DNA of 63,786 bases, counting the filler, from Atractiella rhizophila (Eukaryota): the NCBI GenBank assembly GCA_021432655.1. It is 5 parts of 5 records of this genome, joined end to end, with 100 filler letters (N's around TTAATTAATTAA, not from the genome) between each part and the next. Parts side by side here need not be neighbours in the genome. Positions count along the whole stretch, not along the records: positions 16,807 to 33,509 come from MU271896.1; positions 33,610 to 50,310 come from MU271897.1; 3 more parts are not named here. The stretch is one strand, 5' to 3'. The stretch's first letter is position 1; every line of letters starts with the position of its first letter. Both the position numbers and the translations under genes were made by a program. Shown piece by piece: positions 22,116 through 34,218 of the stretch. The notes under the pieces are model-generated. The model ran no database searches. It worked only from the letters and a program-made list of their open reading frames with translations, and was not told where the DNA came from.

Positions 22116-24688
22116 ATGGCGGCAGTTATCGACCACAATTCGATCGACCATATCGATGTTGCGATAAGGACCAATGGCAAACACCCAACCCATCCCAAGC
22201 CTCACGTAGACTGGGAGGAGTATCTCAAGCTCCATAAAGAGAGCCTGGAACAGCCAGAGAAGTTTTGGGACCGTGTACGCCGTTTCCTTCACGGTTTTAA
22301 TTGTTGAGATGCTGAAGTAAGCAAGGTATGGTAGATGGCAAAGGAAAACCTCTACTTCCACAGGCCGTACACCACCATTTCGGCAGGCGGCTTCGAGGAA
22401 GGAGACATCCAATGGTTTGCCGAGGGGGCGTTGAACGCATCGTACAATTGTGTAGATCGCTGGGCTTACACTCAACCTGACACTGTACGTCCAATTCTCA
22501 CTTCGTCCCAAAGTTTGCGAGTTGACAATAGTACAGGCGGCCTTGATGTATGTCACCATTTCTTAGAAAACCTGACGGGAGCTCATTTGACCTGCAAAAA
22601 GATGGGAGGCAGATGAGCCGGGACAACACAAGACGGTCACATACCGCGAGCTGCTTCAAGAGGTGTCGCGAATGGCGAATATTCTCAAAGACCTCGGTGT
22701 GAGGAAAGGCGATGTGCGTACATCCCTTGCCACTCCGTATTCTGTTTTATGACGACGCTCTGCAGACCGTCGCGATTTACCTTCCCATGATCCCGGAAGC
22801 AGCCACCGCTTTCCTCGCCTGCGCTCGAATTGGAGCCATCCACTCTGTCGTCTTCGCCGGATTCTCTGCCGAATCTCTACGAGACAGGATCAACGATTGC
22901 GGTTGCAAAGTGGTGATCACAACAGACGAAGGTAAGAGGGGGGGAAAGACGATTGCGACAAAGAACATCGTCGATGCGGCCCTCAAGGAATGTCCTGGAA
23001 TCCAGAAGGTGTTGGTCGTGAGGAGGACTGGTGGAAAGGTTGAGATGAAAGAGGGCAGGGATCTCTGGTGGGAGGAGGAGAAGCTGAAGGTCAAGCCTTA
23101 CTGCCCGGTTGAGGTCATGAGCTCTGAGGATCCGCTTTTCATCCTTTACACTTCTGGTACGTCCCTTTTCGAGAGCTTGCTTTGAGTGGTTGCTGAAATG
23201 CGAGATGTAAACCAGGATCGACCGGAAAGCCCAAGGGTGTCCTTCATACTACCGCTGGATACCTTCTTGGCGCTTGTATCACGGTCAAATATATTTTCGA
23301 CGTACATCCAAAGGATATCTTTGCCTGTATGGCTGATGGTTTGTCCTCTTCTTATCTTCTCAAGTCTAAGGTGATCTGATTTCTGCTGTGAAATCAAGTC
23401 GGATGGATTACTGGTCACACCTACATCATCTACGGACCCCTCTGCAACGGTGTTACCACCGTCATGTTCGAGTCTACACCTGTCTACCCCACTCCAGCAC
23501 GCTACTGGGAGACGGTTGAGCGGCACAAGATCACACAATTCTACACCTCTCCCACAGCCATCCGTCTTCTGCGAAGACAGGGAGAGCAACACACCAAGAA
23601 CAACAAGATCGACTCCATCCGGACCATCGGCAGCGTCGGTGAGCCCATCAACCCAGAGGCTTGGAATTGGTATTGGGAGCACGTTGGCCAGAAGGAAGCT
23701 GCTGTTGTGGACACTTATTGGCAGACCGAGACGGGCAGCATAGTCATTACTCCTCTTCCTGGAGCCACGCGGGTCAAACCTGGTTCTGCTACATTCCCCT
23801 TCTTCGGTATCGAACCTGTTCTCCTTGACCCTGTCAGTGGAAAGGTGCGCTCATCTCACTCCTCATTATAACCTCGCAAACTCATGTTGTTACATTGCAG
23901 AGGGTGGAAGGCGAGAAAGACGTCGAAGGTGTCCTCGCAGTCAAACGTCCCTGGCCATCCATTGCCCGCTCTGTCTGGGGAGACCACGCCAGGTACCTTG
24001 AGACCTATATGAAGCCGTACAAGGGCTACTACTTCACGGGCGACGGTGCCGGAAGGGATAAGGACGGTTACTGGTGGATCCGTGGACGAGTTGACGGTTC
24101 GTTTCCATCTCTTCTTTCCTTGCTCTTTGTGAGCTGATGAGATGGAATGTACCCCAGATGTTATCAACGTCTCTGGCCATCGTCTCTCAACTGCTGAAAT
24201 TGAGTCGGCCCTCATTCAACATCCTGGAGTGGCAGAGACTGCCGTTGTCGGCGTTGCTGATGACTTGACAGGCCAAGCCGTCTATGGTCAGTACTTCCCC
24301 TCGATCAGCAGCATATTCAACCCTGAAATTTGACGGATAAAACAGCCTTCGTCACCCTGAAGCCTGAGTTCAAATATGACGAAAACCATGAAGAAGGGCT
24401 TGTGAAGGAGCTCGTCCTCCAAGTTAGGAAGACAATTGGTCCCTTCGCCGCGCCAAAGAAGATCTGCATCGTCCCTGATCTACCGAAAACTAGGAGCGGA
24501 AAGATAATGAGGAGGATCATGAGAAAGGTGGTTGCTGGGGAGGGAGACCAACTTGGTGACCTTTCGACCCTTGCAGATCCATCAGTTGTAGATGCGATTG
24601 TGAGCTTTTCGATTCTCTTCTACTGACGAATATAGACTAATTCGCGTTGCGCCGAAAACAGAAAACAAAAGTTGGGACCATGAAGTAA
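22116..24688 (+). CDS. ACS1: Acetyl-CoA synthetase (AMP-forming)
   Basis: [85 protein letters not shown]; multi-exon. Confidence 0.97.
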
Positions 24689-25073
24689 CGCGTGTATAAT
24701 TTAAACAGTGACGGATTTGGGATTGATATTGGTACTCGAACTTTGACTTTGCCTGCTCTCAATTGACTACACTTATCAGTACGACAATTGTATTTCTTAA
24801 CATTTGTGCGTGTGTGAATGAAATAGCAATCGAATTATTGAACCTCCATGAAATTTATTAGGGTATCGGATGACAAAGAACATCAACGATATCTACTGAA
24901 AACTAGGTGGCAGACCCTGCGCCAACTAATCAAAAGCCAAAGTCCCAGATTCTGTCCCATAAACGGAGTCAGAGATGACGGGATGACGAGCTAATAAACA
25001 TACCTGACCAGATGACTGATTGTCCCGCTGCCAATACGATCGATATAAAACAGGAAATAAAAGGTGTGCCATA

Positions 25074-25672
25074 TCAAGCCTCATTTCTGGCAGCTTCTGC
25101 CTCCCTCATTGCCTGACAGAGGTGTGTCAAAGGATCGTATCGTCCTAACATCTGTTGTCTGATACGACAATTGGCAAAATGTTCCTGTATCCAGCGTCCA
25201 GATCAGTCGATGAGTTTGCGCACTCAAGACGGCAGCATTTACGAACCTTGATGATAGCAGGCCGTTTCTTTGAATTTACGGCTATGCGATCCCAGAATAA
25301 GGATTAAAATGGTCAGATAGCGAGAAACATTACAGAATCTACAGTCCGTCACACACTCCTGCGCTAACAACCAAATATTTAAACTTGTTGTCGGGTGAAT
25401 CTCAGCCTCTCCCTTCCAACAGCGGTTGAAAGTGCCTGAGGAGAAGGTGATGCGTGTAGTGAAGGAGGCCGCCGCTGAATCGCTCGCGGTAACAAGCTTG
25501 AGCAGCGCGTCTTCCGTTATTACTACTCCTAAGGAAGAAGAATAATAGTAGACTACGGAATCCTCGTTTGGTTCTATGCCTTTCAAAAGCAAAAGAGAAC
25601 CTTGAATGTCAAAGCCACGCGACAAGCTTAGACAGCTAACTCACGCGTAAAAATTTGGTCGCGCGTTGTCAT
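25074..25672 (-). CDS. Small hypothetical protein with C-x3-C-x15-H-x3-C motif (paralogue A)
   Basis: Spliced with 3 introns: MTTRDQIFTRIEPNEDSVVYYYS...CVTDCRFSVNSKKRPAIIKEHFANC...YDPLTHLCQAMREA; aligns along its whole length with 27267-27771. Confidence 0.75.
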
Positions 25673-27266
25673 CGTCATCCGTCCTCTTTTCATTTGTTAT
25701 CATTACCACTACATCCTTCTACAACGATCTTTTAAAGATGTTCTGATGTTGTGAGGTAGGAAGTGTCGGAAGACGAGATTCCACGGCCAAAACTTCGAGT
25801 TTTCAACATCCTGCCTTCCTCCCCGCCGCAGGCCATTGGTAGTTGACTCGTTGAAGCTGAACAGCGCTGAATGTTGGGCCAGCGTTCCCAGAGCTGCCTG
25901 AAACTCGCTCGTTGCACGGATATCCAGAATTTGGCAGGAAACAACAACTGCCGTCTGCGTAGCCTCCGGAGAAAGCGATATGTTGCAAGAAGGCGCGAAG
26001 CCAAATTTCATCGGTGAGATCGCCGTCGGGGAGGAGCTTCGCGTACAACAACTCCCTACAATCCTTTTTGACTGCTTTGCACCGAAGATTCGACGGCTTG
26101 GTGTCATGATTCATCTTGCCCTTTCCCAACAGTGTAGACGAGAAATATGCTAGACCGTTGAAAAGAACTCCCACCTTTGGATCACGATGTTGCCATGATG
26201 TATGATGCCAGTGGTCGCGTCGAAAATGCATGATTTTGTTCTTCCTACACTTTCACTTGTCACTTTTGCATTGTTGCATTGCGGTTCTTGTAGATCTCGC
26301 GTCGGGACTCAGAACTCTCGTTCCCTCCTTCGGACGATTTGTCATTCCGTGTACCTTCTGTTGGTGGTTCTGTTTTCGTTTCCAAGCCTCCTTCCGTGTC
26401 ATTCGCAGGTCGGGGACTGGCAGCCCGTCACGATCCGTGTGGCACAGCTCGTCTCTGAACTCAACATTGCAGCAGGAGAACGTCGTGCAACATAGCTACC
26501 GCTCTACTCCGTCAAGGACGGGTGTGCAATTACCGTCGCTGGTCGCTGAGGACTTTGTACTACCAGTATATCTCAGTATCGGTAGCGATGCCTTCACTCC
26601 TCCCCAGTTCCAACAGGCTGACAAGCAAGAAGCGATTGCATTGATAGGGGAGATGGATGGTCCGAGCAGGTCCGAGACTGATCGCGCCAAAGCCAGGCAT
26701 TTGAGGGGGATTGACTCACTTCTGCCTACTATTTGCTGTATAACGGGGATCAACTAGCAAACATTGGTCGTTAGCATGGTCACTTGGCCTGTAATAGAAG
26801 CTAAATAATCAGCTGCTTCGCGCCGTGAATGTAGACATTCGTTTTTTTTTGTGTGGCCATTCGCTTGGGATTTAGGAGTCAGGAAGGCCATCACTTGAGC
26901 CGACGTGCCATGTATTTCGAAGTCCTCAGAGCTGTAAAGCCGTTGTTAAACGAATTGGCACACGATGGCCGGCCGAACAATGCTTTGCGAACCTAGCAAA
27001 CAGCCTAGTGTGATGAAAAAACATTACTTCGATCAGACGGAAGCCAACATGGTTGTCCTCAACAACCACTGAATGGTATCCAGCATATGCTCTATGATAT
27101 CTAGGGCAGAAGAACTTAGAATGCAATGCACACTGCTCTGTCAATATCGGTTAGAGTCATCATCCCTTCATGATTGAGAGTGAAATAAAAGCACGCGATG
27201 GGGGAAAGCGAGGAAGGAACACAAGATCCAGATCCATACTGTGGGGGACACGGAACGCATTGACAG

Positions 27267-27771
27267 ATGACGACAAGAAACCAATTATTCGATAGTGAGA
27301 TCTTCTCGCTTCCGACTGAAAAGTGTTAAATGAACGGAAAGGGCTCGAGGAGAACAAAGACGACATTGTGTACTACTTCTCCGAATCCCTCACGCGCCTA
27401 ATCACAGAGACTGCACTTCTTGACCTTCTTATGGCGGGAGATCCTTTAGCAAGCACCTACGATGTTCGAATCTCCTTTCCTCCTCTCACCGTTACGCGCT
27501 GTTGGGTGGGAGAAAAAGAAATTGACCCCACGAACTCTTTCAATAGCTGGCTATTGGGACAGAGTTGTGTTGGAGTTTGCCGCTTTGGTAATTTACTTCC
27601 CATCCATAGACAAAGCTCATTGCTCCTCCAGCGGTAACAAACAAGAAAAGACCAGCTACGATCAAGGAACATTTTATCAGCTGCAGGACGAGGAAACAGA
27701 TGAATTCAGGGAAATATGACCCTCTTGCACACTTATGCAGAATGATGAAAGAAGCTGGGGGTAGTCGATAG
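27267..27771 (+). CDS. Small hypothetical protein with C-x3-C-x15-H-x3-C motif (paralogue B)
   Basis: Spliced with 2 introns: MTTRNQLFDRLEENKDDIVYYFS...CVGVCRFAVTNKKRPATIKEHFISC...YDPLAHLCRMMKEA. Confidence 0.75.
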
Positions 27772-28162
27772 CGACTGTCCAGGAGGACAACCATCTGTTT
27801 ATCTAGGTTTTTCTGTCTGTGTGTTAGTAGCATTCTGTGATATGATCATCCTATCTTAGAAAAGTCGTCTCTCTCGTTTATGATGTGCCACCTCACTCTC
27901 GCGCATTCGCCTGTGTGAGTGGATGTCGGAAACCCTGCTTGGGAGGTTACCTCCCTATGACTACAGAACTACACGAAGCATCGTGTTCTGCCGAGTAAGA
28001 CGAGTTCTACAACATTATGCTAAGAGAGCGAAGATTGTCTATTCCACTAAATGGTACGCCGAGAATTCGTATCTAACTGGAAACCACTCCTGTTCGATAT
28101 TGCAATTACCACAAAAACCAATATCAACTATGAAAGGGCTTACAGGCACTGTTGATCCACCC

Positions 28163-28339
28163 TCAAGACCCAATACAACGCTTCACTTTGGTTCCCTCCC
28201 ATGGGCAGTATATCGGACCCTCCGTTGGGCTTGGCTTGGGTTTGGCTAATCTGCTTGTCGGAAGCTCAAGATCTTGAGGAGCAGGGAGAGCCGCCACGAC
28301 TATAAGGAGGGGAAAGAGAAAAGCGAGAAGCTGCATCAT
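28163..28339 (-). CDS. Small secreted peptide precursor (58 aa), paralogue 1
   Basis: Signal-like MMQLLAFLFPLLIVVAALP, Pro-rich spacer, C-terminal YCPWEGTKVKRCIGS*; motif shared with 29199-29384. Confidence 0.75.
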   Translation of the reverse strand: MMQLLAFLFPLLIVVAALPAPQDLELPTSRLAKPKPSPTEGPIYCPWEGTKVKRCIGS

Positions 28340-29198
28340 CTTCGTATATGGCAAGATCAGCCTCGCAAAGAGAACGAGAGTGGTATGGCTCACAAAAGCT
28401 CAGCGCAGAGAGGATGAAGGGCTTCCTGTGGTGCTGACGGTAAGGGTAATAAATACCAGGAACACTTGCTCGTCCTTTTAACTGTACATTTTCCCAAACC
28501 TTTCCTAACGTTTGTGGGTCTCTGACTCCGGAACAACTGTACGGGCAACAAGGGCCAAGCCACATCCAAGAGAAATTATCTCCTGTGCTGGACAATGCTA
28601 TTGAATTCCTTCGGGAAGGCCGAATGCGAATTGTGGAACACAAGGCAGTTATTCCGAACTCGGTATCATCCCATCAAAAGCAAACAATGAGCCAATATCA
28701 ACATCCGATGTTGGGACACAACTCAAACAGATATGTCAATGATACCCAAAAGCTCTGAGCGGTAGAATTCAACGTAGCAAAGGTGGCAGCAACCTTATTC
28801 GCTTTCGTCTCCAACGCAAAGAGAAACAGAATGGATGCAAGGATGAGCTCTCTCATCTGGGTCAGTCACGAGAATGTTCGATGAGTCATATTGTTTTCTT
28901 CCTTGAGACAGTACAGAGAACGCGTTATCTAAGAATTCACTGCTACGGCACCACCTGATAGAACAATTACAAGTTGTACTCCTAGCAAATGAAGCTATTG
29001 CGAAAACTGAGCCAGAACAAACGAAGAACCGCATGACGAGAATGAAGAGAGTGACAATGACAATGGTCCGTTCCACTGCTCCGCGAATGTCAAAGAGTGG
29101 AAAGGGGCTTGGGCTTCATCCGAGCAGGATAGGCACTTGTCCATGAGAGTTAGCAAACATTTTGATCTTGACAGAAATCTGTACATGTGCGAAGCTCC

Positions 29199-29384
29199 TC
29201 AAGAGCCAATGCAGCGCTTCGCCTTAGTCCCGTCCCATGGGCAATACTTGGGACGGTTGGTGAAGAGCGGTGTCGTCGTAGTGGCAGTAGCGGAGGTAGT
29301 AGTGGAGGTAGTAACGGCTGCCTTAGCAGTTGGCAAAGCTGCGCCAAATGCGACGAGGAAAGAGAGAAGAGCGACGACTTTCAT
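29199..29384 (-). CDS. Small secreted peptide precursor (61 aa), paralogue 2
   Basis: Signal-like MKVVALLSFLVAFGAALP, Thr-rich spacer, C-terminal YCPWDGTKAKRCIGS*. Confidence 0.75.
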   Translation of the reverse strand: MKVVALLSFLVAFGAALPTAKAAVTTSTTTSATATTTTPLFTNRPKYCPWDGTKAKRCIGS

Positions 29385-31799
29385 GAGCTTCACGCAGAGA
29401 AACACGTATCAGGCTTTTCGGCTCTGAAAGAGAGAAGACAATCAACGGCTCACGAAAGCTGCAAACAATGCTATGGATTACTCAGGATGACGAAGCGTTG
29501 AGCAAGGGAGTGCTATCTGCGAAGGAGGTGCCTCTTTTAAGGCAATTTGCAACGTTGGTGGGTCTTCATGAAAAAAGAGCGGACCTGAGCTCTCCGCAGA
29601 CGACAAAAACATCCCGCATTCAATTGTCTCTCAGTCCACCGCACTGCCTCCCTCCTGTTCGCTGCCATAAATAGTGAGGGAGGAAGGAAAGTCCAAAACT
29701 TTATTCGCTAATGACCAGGATTTACATGCAAACATGGATAGATCTGCCACGGCACGGCGTAACCGAATTATTGAACATATTGAATGCCAGATTGAACAGT
29801 CCACGCACCGCGCACACGAGAGACCCTGCATTCCAACCGATAATGCTCACGTTTGTCAGCAGATGCTGCGGTTTAACACCAATCCCCAAACAACTCCTGC
29901 ATATTCTTCACCTGCAAGGACGTCGATACCATGACACTACGGTTTGAATGAAATGAAAGGAATGAAAGGAAGATTTTGAGGTTGTTCAAACCGTCTCATC
30001 ATCCCGTGCCACGGAGTAAAAATAAGGTTTGGCCTCTGGCCATAAAACTAGGCTTAAAGAGAAACTCTCGATCTCAACAAATTCGAAAGGGCAGGTTTGT
30101 CTAGATATTCTGGATGGTATCTTTATGTATCAGGAAGACCAGAATGAAATCTGGGAAGACACAGTGTCCACCAAATCAGCATTGCTACTTTCAACCCTGT
30201 CTCTGAATCCGAGTGTTAATTCGTGCTCTTCGAGCTGTTCCTATTTCACGCCGGTGTCTGATTATTGTCAGAACAGTTTAACTTCACGCATCAACACAGT
30301 CAACCACGCAGAGGAATGTCGCTTGTCGGTTGGATGGCATTTTTGGGTGCCACCAGTAATCCGAGAAATATTTCATTCCGTCATCCCGGTCAGCCTGCTT
30401 TGGATTTTGCTTTCTCCCTCCGCTACTGTATTTACCTACAGATGCTCTAAGAGCTCACGGCTAAAATCAATCGCTTGAGTCCAAGTTGGTTTTACAACTC
30501 TGAGTTTAGACGAGCCTGCGCAATCTCCAAAAGGAAAAAAGCTTACATTAAGCTACCAAGCTTCTACCCTTGCGACAAATCTTTGACCCAGTCTTCCACT
30601 TCAGAAGTCTGGCAAAAGCGCGCTAGTTGTAGCGTTCTCTAGTTAGCCTTCAGCAACTAAACCTCCTCACCTGTGAGAGACCTGAACCAAACTTTCGTGT
30701 ATTCCGATTGTAGAGGAGAAGAGACTGTCTTGAGGAAGAGTCGGGTAGGCTGGATCCGAGAGGAAGCATGAGGTCGGCAGAGTGAAACAGTCTTCAGAAC
30801 CTCTTCATTTTTTGGGTACTCACGTGTGTTTTCCTTCATGGGAACTCCCCTTTGCATTGGTGTGTGTCATCCAGTGGCCTGTGTGAGCACGTCTATGTCT
30901 GTGTAGATTCGGCCGGCGCAAAAACCAGGCATTCCACAGCCCAACCCATCCAAAGTCTGCAGGCAGCTGCAAATGTAGCCTTGTAGTAGACTTATCGCGG
31001 TAGAGTCATTAAATGCTTTCAACATTCATTTCAGGTGTGTTCAGCCTAGCATTCGTGATACTGCTTGAATGAGACTCCGTCTTACTTGGGAAGCTGTGAT
31101 GCTTGTTATGTCGCACGAGAGTGTCACGTCCTGCCTTCTTCCAGGTCAACTGCAGTTCATGTTTTTGTTCATCTCACGAGAGCACCGATCTAACAGGGTC
31201 ACGACAGTGGGCCTCGGCTCGTTCTCCGACCTTTGAATGGGAGTTGGAGAATCCAGCTTCGGCTTCAAGCCGTTTGGATAACCTTCCAACATTCTCCTAG
31301 ATTCTCCACAGATATGAATGTCAGAACTTTGGGCGGGGCTTCCTCTTCTCCCCTCTAGTCTTCTGCCGGTGTCGTCCCCTTCTTGTCGCTGTCTCTAGTC
31401 TGCAGGCTCAAAGCCGCTTACTCTTGTACTGCCCAACCTAATCTCCGCACGCCAGCAAATCTTGGGTGACTTCTTTTCGTGATTCTCACGCTCACCACTT
31501 ATAAAAGCCAGACCGGGCGAGACCGTTGCACTTCCCCTCAAAGTCAACGGACAGCAGATTACAGCACTCGCCTCAACGGCTCTCATCGTCAATCTTTCAC
31601 CCTAAAGGACCTCCGCCCATCTGATCTGCTCACTGTGGCGAACTGGGACATTCAGATCGGTGGAGCTGTTGACGGACTTCTTCAATAAGGTCAAGCAAGC
31701 TCTGCACAGGGACACCACCGGCTACAAATAACTCTCATTCCCCTTTGTTCTCCAGCGCCAACCTCCTCGATAATCCTTGCAGCGAAATTCATTGACGGT

Positions 31800-33821
31800 A
31801 TGAGTTCTGCCACAGACTCGCCTAGGCTGGAAGAAAAGGGTGGGATGATCGTGAGTATTAGGATCCTTGGGAGATCCCTTGCACTAGCTTTTTGACTGAC
31901 CAACGCCATCTAGGCTGTTGCAGTGGCTGCTACAATATCAGCGGTAGCCTGCAGCTCTTTATCTCTCTACATCGCTTTCCTCTTCTACCAAGTCAAGCGC
32001 TCGGAAAACAAACGATGGGCTCCTGAAGTCCAGCTGAGGACGAAGTTTTTACGGACGCAGTCGGTTCCTCTTCCTTCTTTAGCACACTTGACATCTAAGC
32101 TGTGCTGCTCCAGGTTTGGACTCTTGTTTATGAATCTTTTGCTTGCAGACCTTATCCAATCAATAGGTAGGCGATAGGGGAATTGTAAGATTTATCTCAG
32201 TGATGGCATAGGTTTTGCTCTCAATTTTCATTGGGTCGCACAAGTTGGCTACATAGACGAAACCGATTCCACCTGCCAAACACAAGCAGTTGGTGAGCAC
32301 CAGTTAGCTCAACGCACGAATATCTCTAATTGAACTTTTTACAGCGATCGAAGTTGGAGATGTCGCGTCAGCACTCTTTGCGCTTGCAATCTCTGCCCAC
32401 ACGGCTTGCATTCTTGCCTTTCGTTACAAGCCACCAAAGTGGTCTGTTTGGGTCGTAATAGCGAGTATATGGGCTCTCGTCATCACTCTCACTGTCAGCT
32501 CCCGCATCCCCCTTGAAGGCGTCAGCTCATTGGCCTATAGGTTATTGGACCCGAGGCACTGGAAAGAAGCAAGGATGGACAGTTTTGTGAGTTGCCTCTA
32601 TATCAATGTTGATCGACTGAAGAAGGTGGTAGATGGTAACGCTGGTGCCTGGTGCTGGATAGCCCCCGCTTACCAAGATGAGCGATTGTATTTGCACTAC
32701 CTCTTCGTCTTTATCAGCAGTGCGTCTTTCTTCTACTACTCTGATCTATAACTAATACGGGCAAAGTGTTTGGGAGTTTTACTCTTTATACGCTCTGCGG
32801 TCTTGCCCTTAAACAAATATGGCCTTTCAATCGCGAGCTTGCTATTATCCAACGTCCACCGTCGGTTTCTGGCACGCAGTCCAGCGGGAGCTCTGGAAAC
32901 CAACGTGGGAGTAGACAAGACACCGTCCAAATGAGGGATCTCCCGAGCTTTGCGAGATTGGAGAAAATGGCACGAACGATGATTTTTTACCCCATAGTTT
33001 TCAGCTCCCTGGTTCTCCCTTTGAGTGTTTATCGACTGGCGGTGATGAACGGTCATAAGGTACGCCCTACTTTGACTGTAAGGCGATTTTGCCATTGATA
33101 GACCGACTGCAGTGGAGTCTAAAAGCGTTATGTGCAGCTGGCTTTTTATACACGACCTGTGGTGTTGCGTGCGTTTCATTGACTTTGCGTTTTCAACCTC
33201 AGGCTAACCCTACATCCTACAGAGATGTGATTATCTTTTCCTTGACGTGCGTCCTGCCTCGACCACCTTCCAAGCTTGAGCTAAAATGTAACCGTTCTTT
33301 AGGCGCAACATCATAGAAGTCAAACGGCACCGGAAGTCAGGCTCGTTAGGCAGTGGCAATAACCGAAGCGGAATCCACGTTCATCGAATCCAAACAACTT
33401 TCATTGATATGCCAAATGCAGAAGATGATCTCAAATCACCTCGTTCACCGAGAAGCTGGAAACATGATTCATCGCCAGATAGCTGGAAACACGATTCATT
33501 GGATCCCGANNNNNNNNNNNNNNNNNNNNNNNNNNNNNNNNNNNNNNNNNNNNTTAATTAATTAANNNNNNNNNNNNNNNNNNNNNNNNNNNNNNNNNNN
33601 NNNNNNNNNATTTCACTGTGACTTCTTTGGAACCTGTTGGACATTGGAGAGGATGGAGGAGGCATGAGGCCGTCGTCCATCGCCTTGTTCATCAGTATCG
33701 ATTAGAAAGAACCAACGTTTCTGCTACAGCTCCGATGACAGCTACGACTTGGCACAGGTCAACAGTCGTCAATCCTCAACCCCTTCCTGACGAAGCAACG
33801 ACCCATCTCGTGTACCCATAA
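31800..33821 (+). CDS. Git3/Gpr1-like 7TM G-protein-coupled receptor (3' end crosses a gap)
   Basis: LFMNLLLADLIQSIG, CQTQA..IEVGDVASALFALAISAHT, GNAGAWCWI...ERLYLHY, ARTMIFYPIVF..LVLPLSVYRL; many short introns; stop position tentative. Confidence 0.82.
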
Positions 33822-34218
33822 CCAAAAGTCGAGGAGCGTCAAAACGCCAGGAAGGAGGTGGAAGAAACGAAGCTTTGAGCATGTGTTGACGCGGTATACT
33901 GTAGCGGTGTCAGGTTTTGAGTGTAACGCAACGGAAGTGTGATGAACAACAATATGCAAGATTATTTCGGTGGCACAAAGAAAACTGATGCTCTGGTGAT
34001 GAAGGTTATAAAGCCTGTAAAGGTCTATGTGCATAAAAGTGCAATGAACGACGACTCAAAGGCAAACCATAAACGGCAATTCGTCAAACTGATAGTGATA
34101 CAATTACAACCGCCAGAACCACTAGCACATGAATCGTACTGATTGACGCTTAATTCGTGTGTAGCTCCTATGCCTTGAACTGTCGATTGAGGGGACGTGA
34201 AGTGTCGGAACTGAGCGC

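Noticed and set aside
28163..29384. C-terminal CIGS as a CaaX lipopeptide mating pheromone
   Set aside because: Both ORFs have N-terminal signal peptides and a second conserved Cys, Gly at a2 is atypical for CaaX, and no Ste3-type receptor is present.
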